Shown piece by piece: positions 1-9,543 of a stretch of 53,337 nt of DNA. Both the position numbers and the translations under genes were made by a program. Where the stretch lies: IMG/VR virus record IMGVR_UViG_3300031999_000027, positions 1-53,337 of that record. One strand, 5' to 3'. The stretch's first letter is position 1. The number at the start of each line of letters is the position of its first letter. The notes under the pieces were generated by a model that saw only the letters and a list, made by a program, of their open reading frames with translations, did not search any database and had not been told where the DNA came from. The stretch is from a virus. Lineage: Duplodnaviria; Caudoviricetes.

Positions 1-46
1 TAAGCGTGGCGTGGGTGGGAAATCAGAGAAGGGGGGAAAAAGTTAG

Positions 47-355
47 ATGGACATTTATATAATCATCAAAGTCGGGTATGAAGGGATAAATGGTATCCTT
101 AGAGGGTTTAATGACCCTAAACAAGCACTTCAATTCTATGAAGAGGAGAAAACACGAATCCTAGAAAGCAAAGATGAAGAATATTCGTTGATGGATGAGG
201 AGGATAATGAGATAATTCATCCGGGTCGCGGAGGTAACCGGAGAAAACGAAGAGCCGATAGACTTTGCATCCAGAAAGTAACTGATATAGAGCCAGCGAA
301 ATGTGTCTGCCGAGAACTAGGATTACACTCTAAAGAGGAGATGATTCTGTATTGA
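47..355 (+). CDS. hypothetical protein
   Basis: 102-aa ORF after a purine-rich leader, in the + strand gene run. Confidence 0.6.
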   Translation: MDIYIIIKVGYEGINGILRGFNDPKQALQFYEEEKTRILESKDEEYSLMDEEDNEIIHPGRGGNRRKRRADRLCIQKVTDIEPAKCVCRELGLHSKEEMILY

Positions 356-392
356 TCTATTCGTCTTCTTGCGCTAAGGGAGGGGATGAGAA

Positions 393-587
393 ATGTCATT
401 CGTGAAGATTAAAGACAAACAGGGAATAATGAAGATTGACAACGGTGTTGATCTCAAGGCACAACTCGCTGATGGATCAATCAACGAGGGTGATCTCGTA
501 GCTAATGTTAAGCAATGGATGATAGCAGTTAAGGATGGTCAGGGTATCACGCTAGAGCCGATCAAGGTGAAAGATATCATCTGGTAG
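393..587 (+). CDS. hypothetical protein
   Basis: 64-aa ORF preceded by GGGAGG RBS. Confidence 0.65.
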   Translation: MSFVKIKDKQGIMKIDNGVDLKAQLADGSINEGDLVANVKQWMIAVKDGQGITLEPIKVKDIIW

Positions 588-599
588 GAAACGCGTAAG

Positions 600-794
600 G
601 TGAGTAAACAAATGTCTAAGAGATTCGATATCTATGGGGGTTATAGCGGCATGGTTCTTCAAGCTCAGAGTGTGGGTGAAGAGGAAGTAAGGAAACGGTT
701 TGAGAACTACCTAAAGACATGTGATCATGGTTACGAAATAAAATTCGAGTGCATCAAGGAAGGATCATCTGATCATCTGACGTGCGAAGGGTGA
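600..794 (+). CDS. hypothetical protein
   Basis: 64-aa ORF tightly packed in the operon. Confidence 0.55.
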   Translation: MSKQMSKRFDIYGGYSGMVLQAQSVGEEEVRKRFENYLKTCDHGYEIKFECIKEGSSDHLTCEG

Positions 795-853
795 GATGTC
801 GGACCTGGTGTAGTATTAGTAGTCGTAGTAGGATCAAGAGGTGAAAGTTAAAA

Positions 854-1207
854 ATGAAAATTGAAGTGTATGCAGAAGGAGAGCCGAGATCCGGAAAGAG
901 TTTCATCTTGGAACGGATCAAGGAAACGTTGAAGGCGTACGGCTTTGACGCGAACAATGTTGTTAATGTAACAGCGGATAAGGAGTTGTTAACATTGATT
1001 CGCGATGAGGATAGGCAACATTTTTTAACCGGGGATAGAAAACTGATCTTCGGAGACTGGGAGTTCGAGATAGACAAAGTGGGGCATCTGATGAAAGTAA
1101 TCCACGCGGGTGCGGTACTTGAGACGTCAGAGGTATGGGTGGGGTTGTTTGTTGACTCACTGATGGAGGTCAATTTGAACGCGGTATTGAAGAAGGTCTC
1201 GCCATGA
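854..1207 (+). CDS. small protein with N-terminal P-loop-like motif
   Basis: GEPRSGKS after a hydrophobic strand; GAGGTGA RBS upstream; only 117 aa. Confidence 0.55.
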   Translation: MKIEVYAEGEPRSGKSFILERIKETLKAYGFDANNVVNVTADKELLTLIRDEDRQHFLTGDRKLIFGDWEFEIDKVGHLMKVIHAGAVLETSEVWVGLFVDSLMEVNLNAVLKKVSP

Positions 1208-1488
1208 GTCTAAAAAATAAAATCGAAGAAGAACTAACGAAAGGATACAACTGGTGTTATTCACCTTTTAAGCCGCAAAACACCTCGGAGGTTGCTGGGA
1301 TGATAAACACAGGAATAAAACCAAATATACTTTCGATAATCGACGAGGCCAAGAAGGAGTTTCTTAATGTAATAGTCATTGACCCCAAGGAAAATGATTA
1401 TGAAACGAGCATCCCGCAGTCTTTAGAGCAGTACAAACAAGATGAAGCAATCTGGAACATCTTCAAGAAATGGTTTGGTGAATCTTGA
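1204..1488 (+). CDS. hypothetical protein, paralog of 17231-17461
   Basis: ATGA overlap with the upstream gene; shares DEAKKEF and FKKWFG motifs with 17231-17461. Confidence 0.65.
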   Translation: MSLKNKIEEELTKGYNWCYSPFKPQNTSEVAGMINTGIKPNILSIIDEAKKEFLNVIVIDPKENDYETSIPQSLEQYKQDEAIWNIFKKWFGES

Positions 1489-1623
1489 ATGGCTGAGCAT
1501 CCCATTTGTCTAATGTACAAGTGCCCGGGTTACCCGTGTAAGATCTTGGATCCCGTGTTGGAGAACCCTGTGGTGTGCAATGAGAAGGGATTCTGGGAGA
1601 AGCACAAGGAGGAGAAGAAATGA
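1489..1623 (+). CDS. small Cys-containing hypothetical protein (44 aa)
   Basis: ATG immediately after the previous stop, GGTGA RBS; reads MAEHPICLMYKCPGYPCK...; below the ORF-track cutoff. Confidence 0.4.
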   Translation: MAEHPICLMYKCPGYPCKILDPVLENPVVCNEKGFWEKHKEEKK

Positions 1624-2119
1624 GTAACAAACGACGGCTGGAAATATAAGAAAACCTTGCAGATGGTTTAGGATTCCTTATTTATGGTATAGCGCAGGTC
1701 TATGATATAGACCGAGAACTATTAGTGAAGACATCTATCAAGATGTTACATGTAGCAGAGGATGACGCGTCTAAACTGTTTAATATAGCTGACGGTGTGC
1801 GTTCAATACTGGAGAAGGTCAGTCTGTGATGTTCTATATATGGAACAAGACGGGGTTCAGGAACCTCAAGAGAAAGAGAGTCTCTAGAGCTATCGAACAG
1901 GGTCATAGATTGTTTTATGGAACCGTAGAACATGAATTACGAGGATTAGATTCCTACGCTGTAGTAGAGGACATGAGAATCAAGAGGGGATACTGATGGA
2001 TTGGAAGTTTTCATTCCGTAGACTTTGGGAAAAATTTACAATCCAAAAATTTTCATTCCCTCCTACTACTACATTTGCCATCTTCCCTATTGTCCTGGAG
2101 ATCAGTCTTTCCAGTATCG

Positions 2120-2134
2120 ACGACTTTATTAATG
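2120..2134 (+). promoter_or_regulatory. putative archaeal TATA-box promoter of the replication operon
   Basis: GACTTTATTAAT about 65 bp upstream of 2198 in an intergenic region. Confidence 0.4.
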
Positions 2135-2197
2135 AGTAATGGTGATCATTGAATGCATCAACTCTCAAACAACGAGAGATGCAAGGATTGAAAAGAA

Positions 2198-2473
2198 ATG
2201 CCAATAAGTCTAGACGAGTTCAAGAAGCTCGCACCGAAGGGAGAGAAATCTGCCACGGTGCCGACAGAGAAGCTCTTAGCTGAGCTTAAGAAACAGGGAA
2301 TGACAACTAAGGAGGTAGCGAAGCTCCTTGGTGTACAGTCTGGCACAGCGTACTCGAGGTTGGGAAAGCTCGAGAAGATCGGTGCTGTTCACAGAGGAAT
2401 GCAGGGCACTACATCCTACTGGGCAGCGAAGCCAGATTACGTCCCGAAACCTGAGACCGAGAAGGCCAAATAG
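2198..2473 (+). CDS. winged helix-turn-helix DNA-binding protein
   Basis: GMTTKEVAKLLGVQSGTAYSRLGKLEKIGAV is a typical wHTH pattern followed by a beta wing. Confidence 0.8.
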   Translation: MPISLDEFKKLAPKGEKSATVPTEKLLAELKKQGMTTKEVAKLLGVQSGTAYSRLGKLEKIGAVHRGMQGTTSYWAAKPDYVPKPETEKAK

Positions 2474-2475
2474 AA

Positions 2476-2739
2476 TTGCCCATCGACTGGAGTAGTGTCT
2501 TAAGAGAACAAGCGTTATCCTGTGATGAGATCTCGAACAGAATCGGAAAAAGCAGGCCGACTACTCTTAAACTACTCCAGGAGGCAGTCATCAATAGTAT
2601 TCTCGATGCAAGGGTCAAAGATTCTATCGTTTTTTATTCACTCGCTTATAAGCCAGAATGTGGTGAATGTGAAACAGCCATGGAGAGCGAGTGTAGTAAG
2701 TGTTTCACAGCAGTAAGTAATACAAGGAAAGTGTTGTAA
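2476..2739 (+). CDS. winged-HTH protein with C-terminal Zn finger
   Basis: LSCDEISNRIGKSRPTTLKLL HTH plus CxxC...CxxC. Confidence 0.65.
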   Translation: MPIDWSSVLREQALSCDEISNRIGKSRPTTLKLLQEAVINSILDARVKDSIVFYSLAYKPECGECETAMESECSKCFTAVSNTRKVL

Positions 2740-2741
2740 CA

Positions 2742-3911
2742 TTGTCGTATCCTGAAGAGCTAAAGGTCTGGTCGGAGAAACTCGGAGAGTCTGTTGAAGA
2801 CCTGCAGACGAAGTTCACCGAGGAAGTTGCCTTAGTCAAGAAAAACCATCCGGAGATGACACCGGAGGTCGTTGCGCTCAGAGCACTCAAGATCCTTTAT
2901 TCGAAGATCAAGTCTGATATGCGATCTCGAGCCGAGCCCTTTGACTTCGTTCCTGTAGGGGTTACATCGAAACGCGATATGAATGTTAGGAAGAAGGAAG
3001 ATCTCCTCGCGAAGTACGCGAACCCTGACACCCGGGAGGAAGCCTTAGCTGGTATCGATGGAATTAGAATCAAGGTAACGATCAACCAAGTGACGGGGGA
3101 TGAAACACCAATCGTCGTTGATGATCGTGAATGGATCGAGTTCCAAAGAGACGGCAAGGACGCTAAGTTCAAAAACAGAAGCTACGGAAAGGAACTAGCG
3201 GAAACCTGGGTTAGGGATGAGATCGCTATAGGGAAGCGGGCAAACTCAAACGAGGGGTTCCGGATACTGAGGATCAACTCATTGAAGAACCAAGCAGAGG
3301 GATATCCGAAACTTGGACAATCGATGCGGTCGAGGTTCACGGTTCGGAAGGAAGACGAACTCATCGTGGATCTACGATCCGTCGAACAGACCTCATGGAC
3401 GAATCTCATCATGATCCCAGGAGTGAAAGACGCCACGACTGAAGCCGGTATGTACGATCTCCTGGGGAAATTACCTGATTGGTTGAAGACATCACTTGGG
3501 AGTGAGGAACTGAAGGACATCCATGAGAAGTTCAAAGACGACTACTCGAGGGTAGCAATGATCGAGGGAGATGTCACGTATATAGGTCATGAGGCTAACG
3601 AGAACGGTTCCTTCATGATCGTCTTTGAGGATGAATCGAACTTTGACATAGAAAGTGAGGGCATACAGGGTTATATTCCGAAAGAGTTGGAACCCTGGAT
3701 ACAGTTTAGCCCTGGGACCCATGTAAGGGCACTAGTGCGCACTGGAGAAGGCAACGTCAGAGACCGTGATACAGGAGAGTTCATGAAGGACACCGAGGGT
3801 AACAACGTGAAGCGGATAATCTTCAATGTTCTCGGAATAGCCGCGGATCCCAGCATGAAAATTCCCTATGAGCCAGTAGTGGATGAGACTGAGTCAGTGA
3901 CCCAGTCTTAA
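2742..3911 (+). CDS. putative single-stranded DNA-binding protein (RPA-like, OB folds)
   Basis: Helical N-terminus resembling archaeal RPA N-domains, beta-rich body, acidic C-terminus, next to an ATPase/recombinase gene. Confidence 0.5.
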   Translation: MSYPEELKVWSEKLGESVEDLQTKFTEEVALVKKNHPEMTPEVVALRALKILYSKIKSDMRSRAEPFDFVPVGVTSKRDMNVRKKEDLLAKYANPDTREEALAGIDGIRIKVTINQVTGDETPIVVDDREWIEFQRDGKDAKFKNRSYGKELAETWVRDEIAIGKRANSNEGFRILRINSLKNQAEGYPKLGQSMRSRFTVRKEDELIVDLRSVEQTSWTNLIMIPGVKDATTEAGMYDLLGKLPDWLKTSLGSEELKDIHEKFKDDYSRVAMIEGDVTYIGHEANENGSFMIVFEDESNFDIESEGIQGYIPKELEPWIQFSPGTHVRALVRTGEGNVRDRDTGEFMKDTEGNNVKRIIFNVLGIAADPSMKIPYEPVVDETESVTQS

Positions 3912-3949
3912 TCCATATCCCATTTTTCCTTTCAAACGGAACGAGTGAA

Positions 3950-4879
3950 TTGAGAGAGCACTTGATGTGGTTGAGTATGGCTCAAGAGATGAAGTTTGGT
4001 AAATCCGGTGATAAGGAATCTCCGGATCCCGTAATGAGAACAGTGTCAAAGGAACCTCCTAAGGATCCAAGGTTGTATTTCAAAGGAGGGTCTCAGGTGA
4101 AAGCGTTAAAGGGTCTCAGATTGGCTGTCTGGGGAGGGCCTGGAACTGGTAAATCGAACTTGTGTTTCACAATGCCTAAACCGATTAGGGCGATTAATAC
4201 TGACTTTGGGATGTATCCATTACTGGAGCAGAAAGAGTTCGCTCAATGGCTCAAGCCGAATCTCCTTGAGGATATGATTGAGATTGCGGAGATTGGTGCG
4301 ATGGATGAGTTCACAAAGGAACCGGATCCGTTGGCTTCGTTGACAGCAATCGAAGAAGCGTTGACGTCGTTAGTTGGAATGGAATTAGGCACAATATGTT
4401 TGGATTCAGGGTCTGATGTCTGGCAGTTCATCTCGCATTGGTTAGAAGAGGTAGCACATTTCCGGAGTGCGAAGACCGGAGATAAGTATCAATTCGAATG
4501 GGGGAAGGCTAATGCGAGATATCGATTAATAATGATGAGAATCGTTTCGAAACCGATTAATCTAGTGATCACTGGTCAATCATCGATTGTCTATCGTGAT
4601 GGCAATCCCACGGATGATCTAAAAGCCGATTGGATGAAGAAAACGCCGTATTGGGCGGATCTAGAGCTAGAGATGCAGAGGAGATCGGACAAAGTGTTCC
4701 AAGCGAAGGTTAGAAAATGCAGACTAGGAGCTAACAAGACTGATTTGATTATTAATCCCACATATGAGAATATAGTAAAGTGGGTAAGGACTGAGTTCCC
4801 GGAAAGAACTATCTACACACAAGGGATAACTTCGATCGATCAGGTGAATAACTCCCCAGAGGTGAAACCGATTGTTTGA
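3950..4879 (+). CDS. RecA-fold/AAA_24 ATPase (Sak4-like recombinase); true start may be ATG 3977
   Basis: Walker A GGPGTGKS, Walker B ICLDS, EWGKAN and VITGQ segments typical of the phage AAA_24/Sak4 family. Confidence 0.7.
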   Translation: MREHLMWLSMAQEMKFGKSGDKESPDPVMRTVSKEPPKDPRLYFKGGSQVKALKGLRLAVWGGPGTGKSNLCFTMPKPIRAINTDFGMYPLLEQKEFAQWLKPNLLEDMIEIAEIGAMDEFTKEPDPLASLTAIEEALTSLVGMELGTICLDSGSDVWQFISHWLEEVAHFRSAKTGDKYQFEWGKANARYRLIMMRIVSKPINLVITGQSSIVYRDGNPTDDLKADWMKKTPYWADLELEMQRRSDKVFQAKVRKCRLGANKTDLIINPTYENIVKWVRTEFPERTIYTQGITSIDQVNNSPEVKPIV

Positions 4880-5189
4880 TGATAACAAGACAACAATCCT
4901 CTGCGGTGGTTGTGGAGGCAAAGGATGGGTGGATTCCCAGTTCTATGGTCCTTGTACATGTCCCATTTGCAGGGGAACTGGTATGGCATATATCACTATA
5001 ATCAAGGATCAAGGGAATAACACTAAGATAATAGAATCAACCGGAGATAGTTTGAAATGGTCAGAGTTCAAGAAGCTCATAGAGAGCAAAGGTGTCAAAG
5101 ATGATGACCAGATCTGGTATATTGACATTTCATTCAACGAGCCGATTTCTATAGAGAAGGACGGCGCAAGATGGAGGATACATTCTTGA
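4872..5189 (+). CDS. small protein with DnaJ-type zinc-finger motifs
   Basis: CGGCGGKG and CPICRGTG (CxxCxGxG twice). Confidence 0.6.
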   Translation: MFDDNKTTILCGGCGGKGWVDSQFYGPCTCPICRGTGMAYITIIKDQGNNTKIIESTGDSLKWSEFKKLIESKGVKDDDQIWYIDISFNEPISIEKDGARWRIHS

Positions 5190-5896
5190 AGGTCTGCCTT
5201 ATCTCACCGGATTCATGGCTTCACACTAAAACTGATCTGCATTTTGTTCTCGCGCAAAGGTGTCTGCAATCGGATGTGTATAAGGACTTCTACGCACAAG
5301 AGGATAAGTTTAAGATTCTGGATCATGGGATCTATGAGTCTGATATGATGGAATTCGATGATACAATGAAGATTGCAGACGAGATATCCGCGAATGAGAT
5401 CATTCTTCCGGATGATATAATGAATCGAATGCCTATTGATTTTTACGAAGACCTGCTGGATTCGCTCCCGAAGAATTATCGGTATATGGTTGTGCCCCAA
5501 GGAGAAAATCCAGCAGAGTGGCGTGAATCTTATTTGGAGTTGAAGAAACTTCCGGTGGATACGATTGGGATTCCGATTTGGTTACATAAGGAGTTCCGAG
5601 CTAGGTCAACGATTGTCAATTACATGTTCAAAAGAGGAGAACTGGATATGTCTAAGGATCATCACCTCTTGGGGTTGGATAATTATTGGGAGCTGATCGA
5701 GTATCCATCAGGAATCATTCGAAGTGTTGACACCTCTTTGCCGTTCTCAATGGCCTGTTCTGGAGAGGTATCTAAATGGTTCGAAGAACCTCCGGAGCAT
5801 AAGAGAGTATCTGAGGATATACCACTGTTTGATGTTCCAAATGAGTTCCTGACACATGAGCTAAGTCTACTAGAGGTAGCATCAAGACTAGTCTAA
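5171..5896 (+). CDS. TGT-fold TIM-barrel protein, putative DpdA-like 7-deazaguanine DNA transglycosylase
   Basis: ILDHG, IILPD, VVPQG, IGIP, HHLLG and SVDTS in the order seen in TGT/DpdA-like proteins; genome also carries folE/queDEC. Confidence 0.6.
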   Translation: MEDTFLKVCLISPDSWLHTKTDLHFVLAQRCLQSDVYKDFYAQEDKFKILDHGIYESDMMEFDDTMKIADEISANEIILPDDIMNRMPIDFYEDLLDSLPKNYRYMVVPQGENPAEWRESYLELKKLPVDTIGIPIWLHKEFRARSTIVNYMFKRGELDMSKDHHLLGLDNYWELIEYPSGIIRSVDTSLPFSMACSGEVSKWFEEPPEHKRVSEDIPLFDVPNEFLTHELSLLEVASRLV

Positions 5897-5929
5897 GGAG
5901 GGGTCATTATAGTTATCAAATGCGACCTG

Positions 5930-8500
5930 ATGAATCTCGATTACATCGAGGAAGATAATAAACCGATGTTGTACTGGTTCCTCAGAGATATGAACGGTAA
6001 ACGAATAAAACGCAAATTAGGGTTTATTGGACCCCACGCTTGGAACAACGATCCGAGTTCAGGTCCTCCGGTTAAAGATATCTTCGGTCGCACGGTGTAC
6101 GAGTGGAAAGCAAGAATGCCCTCGGAAATAGGAGGAGGAAGAGATCGTTACGCGATGACTTGTGAAGCCGACGTGTTGTTCCCGATGAGGGCGATGATCG
6201 ATATGGGAATCTACTGCGGAGTGGAGATAGGAGAAGATAATGTCATTCGAGCAGTAGAAAGTCATGGAATCGCTCCGCTCTACTCCTTGTTTGATTTTGA
6301 GTACTTCTCTCCGAAGGAGATCATGCCGATGCCCCAAGATGCAAAATGGCCTGCGATCACAGTCCAATGGGGTCTCACTTCGGACAATATTATACATATA
6401 ATAGTACTGAACTTTACGTCCCTCGAGCAGGCCCCATTAGGAACACTGTCGGACTCATGTATAGCCGCATCGGACTCACGTAGAGCGCTCTGGTCAAGTT
6501 TTAAGAGCATAACAGTTCACATTGAGCTCCGTGATGAACAAACGGGCAAATGGCTCATCGAACCGCAATATCTCACGTATCCTGTGCAAGTAACTGTCGT
6601 TGATGATGAACGAGATTTGTTTATTGACTTCGCCAAGTGGCATATGGGAGAGCCCATTCCAAACCAAACTGGTGAAACGGACATTGATGGCTGGGCGGGG
6701 TACAATAGCAATAACTACGACTGGCCGATGTATCTCAGGAGGGCAGATAGATTGGGGATCTCATGGGCGGTCTCCGAACACATCTCCCCACTGCACCGAG
6801 CGTCAGCGAGATTCAATGTCCAATATAAGAAATGGGATGTCCATATCTGGGGCAGGACGATTGCTGATCTGAATGATATTTATAAGAAATACGTCAAGCC
6901 AGTTGGGGAGAGAACTAGTTATGATCTCAAAATCGTTGTTGCAGACGAGTGTGGGCTCCATTACCAAGACTTAGGAGCTTATATGAAGGAGAGCTACGAA
7001 AACGATCCGCAATCATTGATAGAGTACGCCGCGAAAGACGTCATCGCTTTGAAACTATTGAACGAGAAGTGTGACTTGTTGCCATATATCGATGTTCTTC
7101 GCCGAACAGCGGGCACTCTCTTTGACAAATCGACGTCGAATAAGGTTCTTGTAGATACGATGTGTTTGAGACTCGCTGGTGCCCCGTTGCCTACGGGAAC
7201 CAAACATGAGAAGTTGAAGAAAGCAAAAGGCGCACTGGTGATCACCCCGACTGTAGGATTGCACCAATGGGTAATGCTCTTGGATTTGAAGAGTATTTAT
7301 CCTTCGATGATAATCGCATATAATCTCAGCCCTGAGTGCAAAGACCCCAACGGAGAAATTCAAATACCAATCGTTGATGATCAGGGCCGCACGACGGAAG
7401 TGATTAGATATCGGAGATCACCGATAGGGGTGCTCCCAAAAGTGGCTGATCATTTAATGGCGCTCAGAGAACGTTATCGTGCCCTAGGACGAGAGATTGA
7501 ATCTCATCCAGGGTTCGACGTTCAATATCGCGAAAGGATCAAATCTCAAGAAACCGTAGCAAAGTTCATCGCCTGCAGCTTGAACGGTGTCTTGGCCTAT
7601 CCTGGTTTCCGTCTATACGACCCAGAGGTATTCAATTGTGTCACATCGATCACCAGATCTGTGATATGGAAAGTCAGGCAGTTCTTAGAGCCCAGAGGAC
7701 TCAAGATTATGTACGCTGATACCGATTCGTTGTTCGTTAGGCTAACGAGCGCAACGAAGGAAACAGCCGCTGAGGAAGCGTTTAAGATAGAAGCCGACGT
7801 TCAGGAGTATATTAATGAATGGACGAAATCCCTCGGAGCCACTTATCCGATAGAGATCAAGTTTGAGAATCTCTTTGACAGGATCCTTTGGAAACGCAGA
7901 GCCAAAGGTGATGACCCTGCGAAGAAACACTACGGGGGACATTATGTAATGAAAGACGGAGTGTGGAAGGAAGGAATGAAAATCTCTGGTCTGGCACCGA
8001 GATCCTCAGCGAATGCTTTGTTCACGAGGAAACTCACCACACAGTTCCTCAATCTAGTTCTTGGGAAGAATGATATAGACTCCGCAGTGGAGGTCGTTCG
8101 CCAAGCATGGAATAGTATATTGACTATTGACGATGTCTCAATGATAGGTATCCCTAAGGGCCTTCATCAGGCGAATATCGATTTGGAGAACCTCCATGGG
8201 AGCACCAAACCATGGATTGAAGGAGTGGAACATGCTAATAAGGTATTTGGATGGCGATTCAACGAGGACGATAAACCCAAGTTGATATATACGATCCCCA
8301 CTGCGATGTTCCCGTATAAGACTCTCTGTTTGAACTCCGATCAGACCAAAGTACCAAACAGTGTAAGGATCAATTGGTCCCTTCAGAGAGAGAAGGTTCT
8401 TAAGAATAAGTTCTTCGAACTTTTGGAAGCCATTGGTCGTGACTGGTCTGAGATAGAGTTCAAGGTTAGGAAGACAAAGATGAGTGATTACTTTGGGTGA
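5930..8500 (+). CDS. polB: family B DNA polymerase
   Basis: Exo motifs FDFE, YNSNNYD, YAAKD; polymerase motifs DLKSIYPS, KFIACSLNG (variant motif B), YADTDS, KKHY. Confidence 0.96.
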   Translation: MNLDYIEEDNKPMLYWFLRDMNGKRIKRKLGFIGPHAWNNDPSSGPPVKDIFGRTVYEWKARMPSEIGGGRDRYAMTCEADVLFPMRAMIDMGIYCGVEIGEDNVIRAVESHGIAPLYSLFDFEYFSPKEIMPMPQDAKWPAITVQWGLTSDNIIHIIVLNFTSLEQAPLGTLSDSCIAASDSRRALWSSFKSITVHIELRDEQTGKWLIEPQYLTYPVQVTVVDDERDLFIDFAKWHMGEPIPNQTGETDIDGWAGYNSNNYDWPMYLRRADRLGISWAVSEHISPLHRASARFNVQYKKWDVHIWGRTIADLNDIYKKYVKPVGERTSYDLKIVVADECGLHYQDLGAYMKESYENDPQSLIEYAAKDVIALKLLNEKCDLLPYIDVLRRTAGTLFDKSTSNKVLVDTMCLRLAGAPLPTGTKHEKLKKAKGALVITPTVGLHQWVMLLDLKSIYPSMIIAYNLSPECKDPNGEIQIPIVDDQGRTTEVIRYRRSPIGVLPKVADHLMALRERYRALGREIESHPGFDVQYRERIKSQETVAKFIACSLNGVLAYPGFRLYDPEVFNCVTSITRSVIWKVRQFLEPRGLKIMYADTDSLFVRLTSATKETAAEEAFKIEADVQEYINEWTKSLGATYPIEIKFENLFDRILWKRRAKGDDPAKKHYGGHYVMKDGVWKEGMKISGLAPRSSANALFTRKLTTQFLNLVLGKNDIDSAVEVVRQAWNSILTIDDVSMIGIPKGLHQANIDLENLHGSTKPWIEGVEHANKVFGWRFNEDDKPKLIYTIPTAMFPYKTLCLNSDQTKVPNSVRINWSLQREKVLKNKFFELLEAIGRDWSEIEFKVRKTKMSDYFG

Positions 8501-8753
8501 GATAGATAAACTAAGAGAGGTTATCCGCGTAGTATGTCATATGACAATAGATAAGAACTTTGATAATAAGGAATACGATGATGCAATACAATGTTTGAAA
8601 AATGGGGACACATTCATGATCAATATCGCTCTACATCTGGTGCCTAATGACATGATTTGGATGGAGCTTATAGAACACGATGGGGCTATAACGAAGGCAT
8701 TATATAAGAAAGTGATAGAGACAAAAAAGGAGTTCGACATACCTGGTGATTAA
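8484..8753 (+). CDS. hypothetical protein
   Basis: 89-aa ORF overlapping the polB end. Confidence 0.5.
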   Translation: MITLGEIDKLREVIRVVCHMTIDKNFDNKEYDDAIQCLKNGDTFMINIALHLVPNDMIWMELIEHDGAITKALYKKVIETKKEFDIPGD

Positions 8754-8755
8754 TA

Positions 8756-8947
8756 TTGGAAATAGGTAAATGGATCATTAAACTTCGCTCCCCTGTAGTG
8801 ATCGAGAGAGCTCCGAAACCTGCATTACCGGATCAACTAGTTCTCTTCGGTATGCCGGTGTTCGCGATGGAAGGCATCCCAGAAGGAGCAATATTCACAG
8901 TTAATGATAAAGGAGAGGCTAGAAGAGCTATTGATAATCTTGGTTAG
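8756..8947 (+). CDS. hypothetical protein
   Basis: GGTGA RBS; packed in the operon. Confidence 0.5.
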   Translation: MEIGKWIIKLRSPVVIERAPKPALPDQLVLFGMPVFAMEGIPEGAIFTVNDKGEARRAIDNLG

Positions 8948-9191
8948 GATTCACAAGAACAGAGTGCAATTCGACTGGGGAGGATGGTTACAATGGAAAC
9001 CAGTAGGAACAAAAAACAAGATATGGTACACGGTTCATCAAGGAGCGTTCGAACCCCTCGAGATGAGGGATCGGATTCAGAACGAGATAGAGAACATGAA
9101 AGCATATCACGTGGCACTAGAGATCGACGGAGAATGGGATCGGTCGAGGAAAGTCATGGTAGTTTCATCAGTCAGCGGCTTAGTTGGATGA
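8904..9191 (+). CDS. hypothetical protein
   Basis: 95-aa ORF filling the operon gap; start uncertain. Confidence 0.45.
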   Translation: MIKERLEELLIILVRIHKNRVQFDWGGWLQWKPVGTKNKIWYTVHQGAFEPLEMRDRIQNEIENMKAYHVALEIDGEWDRSRKVMVVSSVSGLVG

Positions 9192-9261
9192 ACTGGGTAG
9201 CTCCAAAATGGTCGTCGAATTACAGTAGAGAAACCAACATCGTGGGAGACGAAGGAATGGG

Positions 9262-9543
9262 ATGAAATCAAACATAACTAAGATCAAAGAGATCGATCGG
9301 GAGGCTATGGATAAGATCCTCGAACGAGCGGTCCCCTATGAGAACTTAACCGCAACCCCTGTCTGGAGACAAATGTCTATTGACGCTATCCTCTCAGGGG
9401 TAGTCTATAGGGGTAGCCGTGCTCGGGCGACCAAGGATTTAAATAAAGCATACGATGACATCTTAGATGCTATCAATTACCTCAGGTTTGCAGGCGTTCT
9501 TATGAAAGAGGAAATCGAACGACAGAAGCAGGTGAAGAAATGA
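9262..9543 (+). CDS. all-alpha NTP-pyrophosphatase-like / nucleotide-modification-associated (DUF1599-like) protein
   Basis: Helical 93 aa with DDILDAINY motif. Confidence 0.55.
   Translation: MKSNITKIKEIDREAMDKILERAVPYENLTATPVWRQMSIDAILSGVVYRGSRARATKDLNKAYDDILDAINYLRFAGVLMKEEIERQKQVKK

Noticed and set aside
1620-1990. Possible genes or a pseudogene in 1620-1990, including the 1700-1933 minus ORF
   Set aside because: ATG 1620 hits a stop after 9 codons and the minus ORF opposes the operon; no product can be supported
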